Of a stretch of 64,000 bases of DNA, positions 49,706 through 59,238 are shown one piece after another. The notes under the pieces were generated by a model that was not told the origin of the DNA, did not search any database, and worked only from the letters and a program-made list of their open reading frames with translations. The DNA is from Aureliella sp. (GTDB taxonomy: Bacteria; Planctomycetota; Planctomycetia; Pirellulales; Pirellulaceae). Location of the stretch: contig OY829846.1 in assembly GCA_963691875.1 (NCBI GenBank), positions 4,352,001 to 4,416,000 on the forward strand, written 5' to 3'. Position 1 is the stretch's first letter; every line of letters begins with the position of its first letter. The translations under genes and the position numbers were made by a program.

Positions 49706-50536
49706 CTAGGGCTTTTCTTTTTTCTCAATGGTGGGCTTAAACTTCTCTGCGTTGAAGCTGATTTTACCGAGGTCATTTATGCCGGGTTTGAGATCGAACT
49801 CAATTCGGCCTTTGGGCCAACTTGCTGATTTGCCATCTAGCTCACCGCAATCCATCGACTTGACTGAGTGCTCATGCCAGAGTCTGAATGTAAGCTTACC
49901 GACAGGACGATCTTGGATCTCGATTATTCCACTTTCGTTCGATATTCCGACGTACGGATGAGCCAGGACGACAATGTAAGCTTTCATCCATGGGTGGATG
50001 TCGCATTCGATTGGAATCGGCACGGGCTCCGCTCTGCGTAAGAGTTGTTTCCTCTCGCATCCGATCGGGATCAGGGGCCCTGATGTTGAATTATTAACCC
50101 AGCTAAAGTTGGCGTTGTGTCCTATTTTGTCGCTGTTCTTCTCTACGATAGTGTCGCCAGCCATGGTGCTGAGGATATGCGGCACGAAGCGACAATCTCT
50201 TGCTTCAAGAACATGCTTCGCTGGCTTTCTTTGTGAAAAGTCAGGCAGTTCCATCTTGGTGCGGCGCGTGTCGAGATACATCACAACGTTCTGAATCTGC
50301 CGTTTCTCATTGACAATGAGAGACTCGGACAAGATCTCGCACTCTGCGCAAAACGGCTCTTTAGTACCTTCGGTCTTTGGGCGTATAGGATTTGGGCCAT
50401 CGAACAAAAATTGCACCTTGAGATGAGCGCGAGAAGTTTCTCGCGATTCCTGGGTAGGCTCAGATGCAAGTGTTTTGCTTGAAGGAAATGCTGAGGTGAG
50501 CGTCAGTAGAGCGAAAAAACATCGCGGAACGATCAT
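49706..50536 (-). CDS. Exported cupredoxin-like protein with a carboxypeptidase-regulatory-like C-terminus
   Basis: Signal peptide; CRFVPH, N.D..GHN, CDIHPWM, HPY, WHE. Confidence 0.7.
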   Translation of the reverse strand: MIVPRCFFALLTLTSAFPSSKTLASEPTQESRETSRAHLKVQFLFDGPNPIRPKTEGTKEPFCAECEILSESLIVNEKRQIQNVVMYLDTRRTKMELPDFSQRKPAKHVLEARDCRFVPHILSTMAGDTIVEKNSDKIGHNANFSWVNNSTSGPLIPIGCERKQLLRRAEPVPIPIECDIHPWMKAYIVVLAHPYVGISNESGIIEIQDRPVGKLTFRLWHEHSVKSMDCGELDGKSASWPKGRIEFDLKPGINDLGKISFNAEKFKPTIEKKEKP

Positions 50537-50673
50537 GGATTGTTTCTCAGGTGGAAAGGTATCTTGCCTGCCTTGCCTGAACCAACATTGGGATGAAACT
50601 GCAGCAGGTAAGCCATTTTCGTTTCAATCTATCACACTGGCTTTTCTACAATCGATTTTCTTATACTCAGCTA

Positions 50674-50701
50674 TTGCTGATTCTGAGGCCGGAGTCATAA
50701 T
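50674..50701 (+). promoter_or_regulatory. Candidate sigma70 promoter for the aroF leader transcript
   Basis: TTGCTG-16 nt-CATAAT, ending 7 nt before the leader ATG at 50709. Confidence 0.4.
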
Positions 50702-50708
50702 TAACTGC

Positions 50709-50789
50709 ATGAACAACAACTTTCCCGCTTTTACTTACTTTTTTGGCTTTGGACCGTACTTTAGTTCCGGGGCTGTGCAGAGTATGTAA
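50709..50789 (+). CDS. Phe/Tyr-rich leader peptide of aroF (MNNNFPAFTYFFGFGPYFSSGAVQSM)
   Basis: 26 codons, 6 Phe (all TTT) and 2 Tyr within codons 5-18, upstream of a terminator and the DAHP synthase gene. Confidence 0.85.
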   Translation: MNNNFPAFTYFFGFGPYFSSGAVQSM

Positions 50790-50847
50790 GTGCTGAATAG
50801 ACACGGAAAACTCCCAGCCCCGGTGAAAAACTCACCGGGGTTTTTTT
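50767..50847 (+). promoter_or_regulatory. Transcription attenuator: antiterminator and mutually exclusive terminator
   Basis: CCGGGGCTG (50767-75) pairs with CAGCCCCGG (50815-23), which overlaps the terminator stem CCCCGGTGA-AAAAC-TCACCGGGG-T7 (50818-47). Confidence 0.85.
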
Positions 50848-50883
50848 GTATCACTAGCCAATTTCAACCACCGAGAAAACCCG

Positions 50884-51912
50884 ATGATCGTCGTGATGGA
50901 ACAGAATGCCACCGAAGAGCAAATTCAATACATGACCGAGCGTGTCCAGAGCTTGGGCCTCAAGGCACATGTGATTCAGGGCACGGAGCGAACCGTTATT
51001 GCAGCTGTCGGCGACGAGCGCGTCACAAAGGCATCTTCGCTGGAAAGTGGTCCAGGTGTTGCCGAAGTCATGCCGATTTTGGCTCCGTACAAAGTGGCGA
51101 GCAAAGAGCTTAAGTCAGAGCCCACGCGCATAAAGGTTCTCGATTACCAAGCTGGCGCTGGCGTGGTTGGTGTCATGGCTGGCCCTTGTTCGGTTGAGAA
51201 TGAAGAGCAAATTGTTTCTTCGGCGAAGGCTGTCAAGAAGGCTGGTGCTACCGCACTTCGCGGCGGTGCTTTCAAGCCGCGAACCAGCCCCTACAGCTTC
51301 CAAGGTATGAAGGAGGAGGGGCTTAAGCTACTCGCGCTGGCACGCGAAGAAACTGGTTTGGCCGTCGTTACAGAAGTGATGACTAGCGAAGAAGTGGATT
51401 TGGTTGCCAAGTATGCCGACGTACTGCAGATCGGTGCGAGAAATATGCAGAACTATCGTTTGCTCGAGGCGGTTGGCAAGAGCGACAGAGCAGTTCTTCT
51501 TAAGCGAGGGGCCAGCGCGACAGTCGATGAATTCTTGTTAGCAGCCGAATACGTTCTTAACGAAGGCAATCCGAACGTGATGCTCTGCGAGCGCGGCATT
51601 CGTACTTTTGAGGGGCATACGCGATTTACACTTCCACTAGCGACAGTGCCTTATCTGCATAAGAAAACGCACTTGCCGGTGATCATCGATCCGAGTCATG
51701 GAACCGGCCACGCTTACATGGTGCCCGACATGTCAGTGGCAGCTGTTGCCGCTGGTGCAGACGGCTTGATTATTGAAGTTCATCCGACTCCGGAAACTGC
51801 TGCATCGGATGGTTATCAGACATTGAACTTCGACCAGTTTGAGTCCACCATGGTGCGTTGCCAGAAGGTGGCCGCGGCTTGCGACAAAGAACTTTGCACC
51901 ATGCCGCAGTAA
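50884..51912 (+). CDS. aroF: DAHP synthase, type I-beta with N-terminal regulatory domain
   Basis: [46 protein letters not shown]. Confidence 0.96.
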   Translation: MIVVMEQNATEEQIQYMTERVQSLGLKAHVIQGTERTVIAAVGDERVTKASSLESGPGVAEVMPILAPYKVASKELKSEPTRIKVLDYQAGAGVVGVMAGPCSVENEEQIVSSAKAVKKAGATALRGGAFKPRTSPYSFQGMKEEGLKLLALAREETGLAVVTEVMTSEEVDLVAKYADVLQIGARNMQNYRLLEAVGKSDRAVLLKRGASATVDEFLLAAEYVLNEGNPNVMLCERGIRTFEGHTRFTLPLATVPYLHKKTHLPVIIDPSHGTGHAYMVPDMSVAAVAAGADGLIIEVHPTPETAASDGYQTLNFDQFESTMVRCQKVAAACDKELCTMPQ

Positions 51913-51931
51913 CTAAATCTCTACTATCGAA

Positions 51932-51955
51932 CACGCAGCTGGTCTAAGCTGCGTG
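51932..51955 (+). terminator. Hairpin after aroF (weak terminator or mRNA stabiliser)
   Basis: CACGCAGCT-GGTCTA-AGCTGCGTG; no clean U-tract. Confidence 0.45.
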
Positions 51956-52014
51956 ACTGTTGGTCTCTTGGTTCTCTTCCGTATGAATGCGGGACAATGA
52001 AGATTGGTTGCGTC

Positions 52015-52043
52015 TTGCGCGGGAAGGTTTAGCAGCGTACAAT
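52015..52043 (+). promoter_or_regulatory. Candidate sigma70 promoter of the methyltransferase gene
   Basis: TTGCGC-17 nt-TACAAT, 43 nt upstream of the ATG. Confidence 0.45.
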
Positions 52044-52086
52044 GGGCGGATCTGCAAGAAGTTCCTAACCCACGATTCTCCTGCTC

Positions 52087-53238
52087 ATGGCGACCAAGCT
52101 CAAGAAATCACTCGGCAAGATCCACCATGGCGACTGTCTCAAAGGACTCCAGACGCTAACGAAGGAAAGCGTGGATCTTGCTTTTGCAGATCCGCCTTTC
52201 AACATAGGGTACGAGTATGACGAGTACGATGATCGTCTAGAAGCGGATAAGTACGTCGCTTGGTGTAGTGACTGGATGAGCGAGATTCACCGCGTTCTCA
52301 AGAAGGATGGGACTTTCTGGCTGGCAATCGGCGATGACTTCGCAGCTGAACTGAAGATAGCCGCTCAGCAACTTGGTTTCCAAACACGCAACTGGGTGAT
52401 CTGGTATTACACCTTTGGGGTGCACTGCAAGTCGAAGTTCACACGCTCGCACACGCATCTTTTCTACTTCACTATTGATCCGAAAGAGTTTACTTTCAAT
52501 TTCAGCGGTGTTGCCGTGCCTTCGGCGCGCCAACTGGTTTACAACGACAAGCGTTCAAATCCCGCGGGTCGTTCGCCAGATGATACTTGGATTCTTCGTC
52601 CCCAGGACTGTGAAGGCTTTTCCGACGACGAAGATACCTGGTACTTCCCGCGTGTCGCGGGTACTTTCAAAGAGCGCGCTGGTTTTCACACCTGCCAAAT
52701 GCCCGAGCAGCTCTTGGGCCGCATTGTCCGTGGCTGCTCGAATCCAGACGACATTGTGATGGATCCATTTTCGGGAAGCGGTACCACATTGGCCGTTGCC
52801 AAGAAGCTCGGGCGGAAGTACTTGGGCTTCGAAATGTCTGAGGATTACGTCAAGTTCGGTATGGAACGCTTGGCTGCCTGCAAGGCGGGTGACGCATTGC
52901 AGGGTGCCAAGGAGCCACGAGTGAGTGCGCCAGCCACCAGGGATGGCAAGCCTTTGAATCGGAAGAAAGTGGCAAAGAGAAGAACGTCAAAAAAGAAGAA
53001 GCAGGCTGAAGCAAGGGTTAGTTCTCCAGCGAACATCGAGAAGCCAGGCAAGCCAAACTTGCAGCTAGATCTGTTGTTCGAAGAGAGCCCAGCACCAGCG
53101 GCACGAACAAAGGCCAAGGCGAAACCCAAGGCGAAAGCAACAAAGAAAAGCAAGCCAAAGTCGAAGCCAGGGTACTCTGCGGCCAAGAAGAAAGCTACGG
53201 CTAAGAAGCGTTCCCGAAAGGCGACGGCCAAATCGTGA
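52087..53238 (+). CDS. Orphan N4/N6 DNA methyltransferase (beta class) with Lys-rich C-terminal tail
   Basis: Motif IV FADPPFN precedes motif [19 protein letters not shown]; no adjacent endonuclease gene. Confidence 0.92.
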   Translation: MATKLKKSLGKIHHGDCLKGLQTLTKESVDLAFADPPFNIGYEYDEYDDRLEADKYVAWCSDWMSEIHRVLKKDGTFWLAIGDDFAAELKIAAQQLGFQTRNWVIWYYTFGVHCKSKFTRSHTHLFYFTIDPKEFTFNFSGVAVPSARQLVYNDKRSNPAGRSPDDTWILRPQDCEGFSDDEDTWYFPRVAGTFKERAGFHTCQMPEQLLGRIVRGCSNPDDIVMDPFSGSGTTLAVAKKLGRKYLGFEMSEDYVKFGMERLAACKAGDALQGAKEPRVSAPATRDGKPLNRKKVAKRRTSKKKKQAEARVSSPANIEKPGKPNLQLDLLFEESPAPAARTKAKAKPKAKATKKSKPKSKPGYSAAKKKATAKKRSRKATAKS

Positions 53239-54644
53239 GTTCTGCTTCTGAACCCCCTGCCAATGATGAAAGCCGGTCGTCTGGTCAAAACGATCTGACG
53301 GAGTCGAAATCTTTTGGCTTGGGACTCACCACTTTGTCGGCACTCGTTGTGGCCAACATGATCGGCGCTGGAATCTTCACTTCAAGTGGATTCTCTCTCG
53401 CAACACTAGGTAATCCAGGGCGCGTTCTCGTGGCTTGGATCGTTTGTGGAGTGTGGGCCATTTGCGGCGCGATGGGCTATGCCGGGCTGGTGAAACGCTT
53501 GCCGCAGTCCGGGGGCGAGTATCTCTTTCTTCACCGCTTTGTGCACCCATCGGTCGGCTTTTTAGCCGGCTGGATTTCCGTGTTCGCTGGTTTCACTGCT
53601 CCGATTGCGGTGGCAGCGCTGGGCGCAGCAATCTACATGCTGCCTGGAGCCGAGGAAGGCACGACTCAAGTCAAACTCCTGGCGACGGGATTGATTGTGG
53701 TTGCGACTGTTTGCCATCTTGTCGGGTTAGGGCTTGGAACATTCATGCAGAACTTAATAGTGGTATTCAAACTCGCCTTGATCGGATTCACTCTAGTTTG
53801 GGCCTTTGGCTTCACGGATTCTGAGCTCTGGGTCGGGCAGGCGTTACCTGAGCGAGATGCGGCTTGGTTGCCAGGAAGTGTTGATGCTTGGAGCGCTTTC
53901 ATAGGGTCGATGTCATGGATTGCGTTGAGTTACACCGGATTTAATGCGGCGATTTATGTTGCTGGTGAGTCTCGAGATGCAACGCGACTCGTACCGAAGG
54001 CCATGCTGTTGGCAACCTTGCTTGTCACTGTAATTTATCTGTTGCTCAATGTTGTGTATGTGTTTGCAGCAGATCCAGAGTCGATTGCGGGCAACCCAGC
54101 GGTGGCGGTAATTGCGACAGAGCACATCGGAGGAGAATCACTGGCCCTTGTAGTGCGAGTGTCGATCGTTCTCTCCATGGCGAGTAGCGTATTCGCTATG
54201 CTGCTAGCCGGTCCGCGTGTTTATCAGAAGATGGCCGAAGACGGTGTGATGCCCCAAGTCCTGCAGGGGAAAGTAGGAGCCCCGGTTGCTGCGATCTTGG
54301 TTCAAGCTGTGCTGAGCATTGTCGCGGTCAATATTGCTGATCTGCTTCAGCTGTTGAAGTACTTGGGGCTGACACTTTCAGCGTGCGGTGCTCTGGCTGT
54401 AGCGAGTCTCTGCTGGGTAAGGTTGAAGCTACCAAATAGCATGAAGTTGCACTCAATAGAAATCTTATCACTTGTCGTCTACCTCGGCATTACAGCGTTG
54501 ATCTTGGCGGCATCATGGTACGAGCATCACACCGAATTTTTGGCCATGTGCGGAACATTTGTGCTGGGCCTTCTTGTGTATGGTCTGTGGTTATTGGTGA
54601 GTACTGGTCGCGACAAAACCGAGCCCTTGTCAGACAAGGTTTGA
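53235..54644 (+). CDS. APC family amino-acid permease
   Basis: [40 protein letters not shown] overlap with the methyltransferase gene. Confidence 0.92.
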   Translation: MSSASEPPANDESRSSGQNDLTESKSFGLGLTTLSALVVANMIGAGIFTSSGFSLATLGNPGRVLVAWIVCGVWAICGAMGYAGLVKRLPQSGGEYLFLHRFVHPSVGFLAGWISVFAGFTAPIAVAALGAAIYMLPGAEEGTTQVKLLATGLIVVATVCHLVGLGLGTFMQNLIVVFKLALIGFTLVWAFGFTDSELWVGQALPERDAAWLPGSVDAWSAFIGSMSWIALSYTGFNAAIYVAGESRDATRLVPKAMLLATLLVTVIYLLLNVVYVFAADPESIAGNPAVAVIATEHIGGESLALVVRVSIVLSMASSVFAMLLAGPRVYQKMAEDGVMPQVLQGKVGAPVAAILVQAVLSIVAVNIADLLQLLKYLGLTLSACGALAVASLCWVRLKLPNSMKLHSIEILSLVVYLGITALILAASWYEHHTEFLAMCGTFVLGLLVYGLWLLVSTGRDKTEPLSDKV

Positions 54645-54665
54645 CCCTCTCAGAATACGTACATC

Positions 54666-55208
54666 ATGAACAGTCAGTTTATTGCCGAGACTTATCGATT
54701 CTGCCCACGCTGCGGCGAGCCGAATCCCAACCCCGGGTGCACGCCTTTTACTTGCGAAAAATGCGGTTTCTATAATTATTTTGGGCCTGTTACGGCCGTT
54801 GGCGGTATCGTGGTGAACGAACGAGTTGAGATGCTCTTTATTCGTCGCGCCCGCGAGCCTGGCAAAGGTAAGTGGGGCTTGCCGGGTGGCTTCGTCGACG
54901 CTGGCGAAACGGCAGAACAAGCAGTCGCTCGCGAGATTCGCGAGGAAGTAGGTCTCACCGTTGTCAGTACTGAGTTTCTGACCACGGCTGTGAACGAATA
55001 TCACTTGCGGGGAATCTGCTCACCGGTCATTGATCTCTTCTACGTTGTAAGTGTCCAATCGGACACTCAGCTCGAGTTGGCCGTCGACGAAGTCGATCAT
55101 TATGAATGGTCGCGACCGATGTTATCACACCTTGAAAATATGGCCTTTGAGTCGAATCGTCTAGCCGTCGAGTTGTGGGCTAGGCGTGTTTCGCATTCTC
55201 GGGAGTAG
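54666..55208 (+). CDS. NUDIX hydrolase with N-terminal Zn ribbon
   Basis: FCPRCG..CEKCG; Nudix box PGGFVDAGETAEQAVAREIREEVG. Confidence 0.92.
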   Translation: MNSQFIAETYRFCPRCGEPNPNPGCTPFTCEKCGFYNYFGPVTAVGGIVVNERVEMLFIRRAREPGKGKWGLPGGFVDAGETAEQAVAREIREEVGLTVVSTEFLTTAVNEYHLRGICSPVIDLFYVVSVQSDTQLELAVDEVDHYEWSRPMLSHLENMAFESNRLAVELWARRVSHSRE

Positions 55209-55593
55209 GTTGAATTGTCCTCGATCAAACCGGATCATGACTGAATAGCGTGGAGATTGATCAACGGCGGGTGGTAACCGTCCTAAAGCGAATTAAATCA
55301 GAGCTGTTTACCGGCAGTGGAATGCCTGGGACATGAGCCATTAGATTTATTTCGCGGATGTCGCAGTGGCTTTGGAGGCGAGAGATAGTGGCGAAGAAAG
55401 TCTTCTTATTCACTTTGATCACGATCGCCTGGATGGCTATTCAAAGTCGCTTACGACCCGTAGCTTGTGGGCCTTGCATGATATTAGATTCCACTGCGTA
55501 CAACTCAAGTGCAGAGGCTATCGATGCAGACGACATCGACATCGCTATTGCAACGCCGCAAAATTGTGGAGCATGCTGTTGGCCTGATCTGTT

Positions 55594-56187
55594 TCAGCTG
55601 TTCAGTGTGCCCTTGGTACTCGGCACGTCGATTTGACGCGGATCGTCGCTGACAGCGATACGTAGTGCCCTAGCACTTGCTTTAAAGATTCCCTCGGCGA
55701 TGTGATGGCTGTTGCGACCATAGTGAAGCAACACGTGATAGTTACAAAGAGTGTTGCTAGCGAAGGAATACCAAAAGTCCTCGACGAGTTCGCTGTCGAA
55801 TTCCCCAATTTTGGCGGCAGGAATCGGCGCGTTGAAGACGACGTAGCTGCGACCGCTTAAGTCTACCGCCACAGTTACGAGTGTCTCTTCCATTGGAAGA
55901 ACCATGTGCCCGTAACGCGCTATACCTCGCTTATCACCGAGCGCTTTGGCAAAGGCTTGGCCAAGACAGATTCCGATATCTTCAGTTGTGTGGTGTGAGT
56001 CCACTTGTGTGTCGCCATCGCAGCTTACTTTCAAATCGAATAAACCATGCTTAGCGAACAGAGTGAGCATGTGATCCAAAAAACCGACTCCGGAATCGAT
56101 CTCGCTCTGGCCAGTGCCATCGAGGTTCAATTCCAAGTGGATTTTGGTTTCCGCTGTTTCTCGTTGAATTGTTGCGCTGCGAGTCAT
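55594..56187 (-). CDS. hisB: Imidazoleglycerol-phosphate dehydratase (monofunctional)
   Basis: [32 protein letters not shown]. Confidence 0.97.
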   Translation of the reverse strand: MTRSATIQRETAETKIHLELNLDGTGQSEIDSGVGFLDHMLTLFAKHGLFDLKVSCDGDTQVDSHHTTEDIGICLGQAFAKALGDKRGIARYGHMVLPMEETLVTVAVDLSGRSYVVFNAPIPAAKIGEFDSELVEDFWYSFASNTLCNYHVLLHYGRNSHHIAEGIFKASARALRIAVSDDPRQIDVPSTKGTLNS

Positions 56188-56206
56188 CTCTAGCGAGTCA
56201 TCTCTA
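56179..56206. repeat. Perfect 14-bp tandem duplication spanning the hisB start codon
   Basis: GCGAGTCATCTCTA twice (56179-92, 56193-206). Confidence 0.85.
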
Positions 56207-56247
56207 TATTCTGTAGTCGGTTTAGCTTAAGGTTCGCAGGTTCTTGT

Positions 56248-56396
56248 CTCCCTCCCTTTCTGAGCTCGGTGCCGAATTCTGGGAGGGGCGGAGCCCAAAC
56301 GACGGGGAAGGCCTCGCGACCAAAGCCCCTCTCAGGGTCCCTGCGTAATGGGGGTGTTCGACTCTCCCCCAGTAACCTGCTCCGCAGGAGGAGAGA
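56248..56396. repeat. Multi-hairpin palindromic intergenic element between hisC and hisB
   Basis: CCCTCCC..GGGAGGG, central GGGGAAGGC..GCCCCTCTC, CTCTCC..CCTGC-TCC-GCAGG..GGAGAG. Confidence 0.5.
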
Positions 56397-56435
56397 AGCG
56401 ACGTAGTAGTTTCAAGTGGAATGCAAAGTTCGAGC

Positions 56436-57506
56436 CTACGCCAAGTACCCTGCCAGGTAGGCCAGGCAAGCGTCAACTTGAGCGTCGGTTCCGACGCTGA
56501 TTCTCAAGCCATCGCCCCAGTCAGCGTAGTTCATGTAGCGAATCAGAATTCCGTCTGCTTTGAGTTGTTCGTAAAGCTCTTTCGAGCTCTTCTCGGGATG
56601 CTTGCACCACACAAAGTTGGCTTGGCTATCCAGAGATTCAAAACCCAGCTCGCGAAGTTTGCTCGTCAGGCGATCTCGAGTTGCCACAATTTTGCGGCGA
56701 TTGTCCAACAACCAAGTTTGATCGTCGATAGCCGCCGTCGCGCCGGCTAGGCTCAAGGCATCGCAATTGTAGCTGTCTTTTACCTTGCGGAGCATTTCAA
56801 TCACGGGCGGCTGCGCGACCAGGAATCCGAAACGTAAACCCGCCAATCCGTAAGACTTACTTAGTGTTCGAGACACCATAACTCGGGGATTCTCGCGTAC
56901 CAAATTGATGCAGTTGCTCTCGGCAAAATCGGCATAAGCCTCATCAACCAACAGTGGGCAAGGCAGCTGGTCGGCCAACTCGGCAACTTGTTTGGGTGTG
57001 AGAACCGTTCCGCTAGGGCTGTTGGGGTTCGGTAAGAATGCGAAACGAAGTTTCTCGTCAGCTGCCGTGAAGCGTTCGTCGAGCGAGAAATCTCTGCAGA
57101 ATGGGACTTCTTCGAATTGTGCTCCCTGGAGTTCGGATAGCGTGCGATAGAGGATGTAGCTGGGGTAGGGAAGTCGCAGCTTCTCGCCTTGGCCCACGAA
57201 TGCGCGTGTCAGAACCGTGAGAATATCATCGCTACCGTTGCCGCAGAGAATCCAATCTGGTTCTACCCCGAGCACTTCCGCAGCACGCATGCGAAAGCCA
57301 GTTCCAAGTGCGTCGGGATAGCGTTCCAGCCGCTGGGATGCTGCTTCTTGAATCGCTTGCACGACCTTGGGAGAAGGTGGGTACGGGTTCTCGTTGGTGT
57401 TCATTTTGATGACTTTGCCGCCCCTGGGTTGTTCCCCAGGTAAATACGCCGCCATCTCCCGAATCTCGGGTCGAAAGAACTGCTCAATGTCGCTAGTGCG
57501 ATTCAA
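56436..57506 (-). CDS. hisC: Histidinol-phosphate aminotransferase
   Basis: NTNENPY, GNGSD, NPNSPSG, DEAY, RTLSKSYGLAGLRFG, RISVG. Confidence 0.96.
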   Translation of the reverse strand: MNRTSDIEQFFRPEIREMAAYLPGEQPRGGKVIKMNTNENPYPPSPKVVQAIQEAASQRLERYPDALGTGFRMRAAEVLGVEPDWILCGNGSDDILTVLTRAFVGQGEKLRLPYPSYILYRTLSELQGAQFEEVPFCRDFSLDERFTAADEKLRFAFLPNPNSPSGTVLTPKQVAELADQLPCPLLVDEAYADFAESNCINLVRENPRVMVSRTLSKSYGLAGLRFGFLVAQPPVIEMLRKVKDSYNCDALSLAGATAAIDDQTWLLDNRRKIVATRDRLTSKLRELGFESLDSQANFVWCKHPEKSSKELYEQLKADGILIRYMNYADWGDGLRISVGTDAQVDACLAYLAGYLA

Positions 57507-57540
57507 TTTGAATTCCTAAATACGGTGAGCCCAGTCGGTA

Positions 57541-58896
57541 TTAGCTCAGGCGAATGTCAACGCTGTTGCGGTGTGCGGTCAGACCTTCCTTCTCAGCCAG
57601 TAGCGCGATTTCGGCTTGAATGCCGCCGAGAGCGTCTTTCGAGTACTCGATGACGCTGCCGCTTCGTAGGAAGGAGTTCGCCGACAGTCCGGCCGCCCAG
57701 CGAGCGGTGCCACCGGTGGGAAGGACGTGCGACGGTCCAGCCGCGTAGTCACCTAGTGCTACTGGACTAAAGTCGCCCAGGAATGTTGCCCCTGCGTTGC
57801 GAATTCGATCTGACTGCTCGCGAGGTTTCTCGCAGGCGATATGCAAATGCTCAGGCGCGATCAAGTCGGTGACTTCGCATGCTTGCGTCGCGTCACTGAC
57901 TAGGATGATGGCACCAAAATCATTTAGACTGTCATAGGTTAAATCACTGCGACTGAGATTTTGCAACTGCGACTCGAGTTCTTGTTCCACTCGGTCGGGT
58001 AGTGACTCGTCCCAAGTTACCAGCACACTCGCGCCCGGAGAATGCTCTGCTTGAGCCAACATGTCTGCTGCAGTGTACGCAGAGTTAGTTGTCGAATCCG
58101 CGACGACGACCACTTCGCTGGGGCCTGCGATCGAGTCAATATCGACATCGCCGTAGACTTGCTTCTTGGCGAGGGCTACAAACAGATTGCCGGGGCCAAC
58201 GATTTTGTCGACTGCATCAAGCCCATCGACTCCGTAAGCCATGGCTGCGACAGCTTGAGCTCCACCTATCGGATACACTTCGGTGATCCCGAGTTCGTGG
58301 CAGGTGGCGAGAACATCGCAGTTAAACGCGCCAAAGTCCGTTGGTGGAGCGACGACTGCGATTTGCTCCACTCCAGCTGCTTGAGCAGGAACTACTGTCA
58401 TGAGCACGGTCGATGGATAAGCAGCTGCACCACCGGGAACGCAGACGCCAATTCGATGCAAAGGGACGTAACGCTGGTCGAGTCGGATACCAGGAGCGGG
58501 CTCGATGCTGGAGGTCTGGTGAAGGATCGATTTTTGGAATTGCAGAATGTTGTCCCGAATGCGGCGGATCGTGGCTAGGAATTCCGGGGCTGCTGCTGCG
58601 TGAGCTTCTTGGAGCTTTTCCGCGGGAACGGCAAAGTCGCTGCTTGGGAGCTCACTTCCGTCGAGTGCTTGACTGTACTTGGCCAATGCAGCTCGGCCTT
58701 CATTGCGGACATCGGAGCAAATTCGCTCTACGACTTGGCCTGGTGTTAGTGTTTCGCCGAAAACGCGTTTGGTAAGCTCTTGGCCCTTCGGACTCACAAC
58801 GTTTCCGGAGGGGCTTAGGCGAGCGCGCATGGCCTCAAACTCGGTTTCAAAGCCACTTTGGCGAGCGTCGATGCGTTGGATTCTCAGTTGCTTCAT
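57541..58896 (-). CDS. hisD: Histidinol dehydrogenase
   Basis: VPGG.A.YPSTV, GGAQAVAA, GPGN, AGPSE, QAEH, APEHL, GPSHVLPT; start at ATG 58896. Confidence 0.96.
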   Translation of the reverse strand: MKQLRIQRIDARQSGFETEFEAMRARLSPSGNVVSPKGQELTKRVFGETLTPGQVVERICSDVRNEGRAALAKYSQALDGSELPSSDFAVPAEKLQEAHAAAAPEFLATIRRIRDNILQFQKSILHQTSSIEPAPGIRLDQRYVPLHRIGVCVPGGAAAYPSTVLMTVVPAQAAGVEQIAVVAPPTDFGAFNCDVLATCHELGITEVYPIGGAQAVAAMAYGVDGLDAVDKIVGPGNLFVALAKKQVYGDVDIDSIAGPSEVVVVADSTTNSAYTAADMLAQAEHSPGASVLVTWDESLPDRVEQELESQLQNLSRSDLTYDSLNDFGAIILVSDATQACEVTDLIAPEHLHIACEKPREQSDRIRNAGATFLGDFSPVALGDYAAGPSHVLPTGGTARWAAGLSANSFLRSGSVIEYSKDALGGIQAEIALLAEKEGLTAHRNSVDIRLS

Positions 58897-59238
58897 GGAT
58901 GCGGTAATTTCTGGGCTACAAACCCGGTGGAAAGCCAGTGTCAGCGTTAACAGGATAGCTTTCTGGCTAGCTTTCATCTATCGCCAATAGACGGAGTGAT
59001 CGTGCAAGACCCTAGATTATGACCGGGCTTCTACTTGTTTGGTTCGTCCTTTTGGTAACGGAACCCTTCAAGAGTTTCGGCAGTTTTCAACGCAATTTGA
59101 ATCGCCGTTACATCGCTTCGCTCGTTATCGGCCTTCTTCGGGGAGCTCTGTGGTTTATTGCCCGCTGTGAAGACCTGGCGTTAGCGGTTACCCTGGACTG
59201 GCTTGACTTTATCTTGACTCCGAAAAGAAATCTCGTTC

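Noticed and set aside
50475..50708. 104-aa ORF extending the leader peptide upstream
   Set aside because: It overlaps the divergent gene and the promoter region; only the ATG-50709 portion has a functional signature
55209..55593. Short ORFs (55358-55636 and 55366-55587) between the NUDIX gene and hisB
   Set aside because: No recognisable motif, one overlaps hisB, and minus-strand frames are interrupted; cannot support a gene or a pseudogene
58897..59238. Possible His leader peptide upstream of hisD
   Set aside because: No His-codon run or terminator with U-tract found on the minus strand
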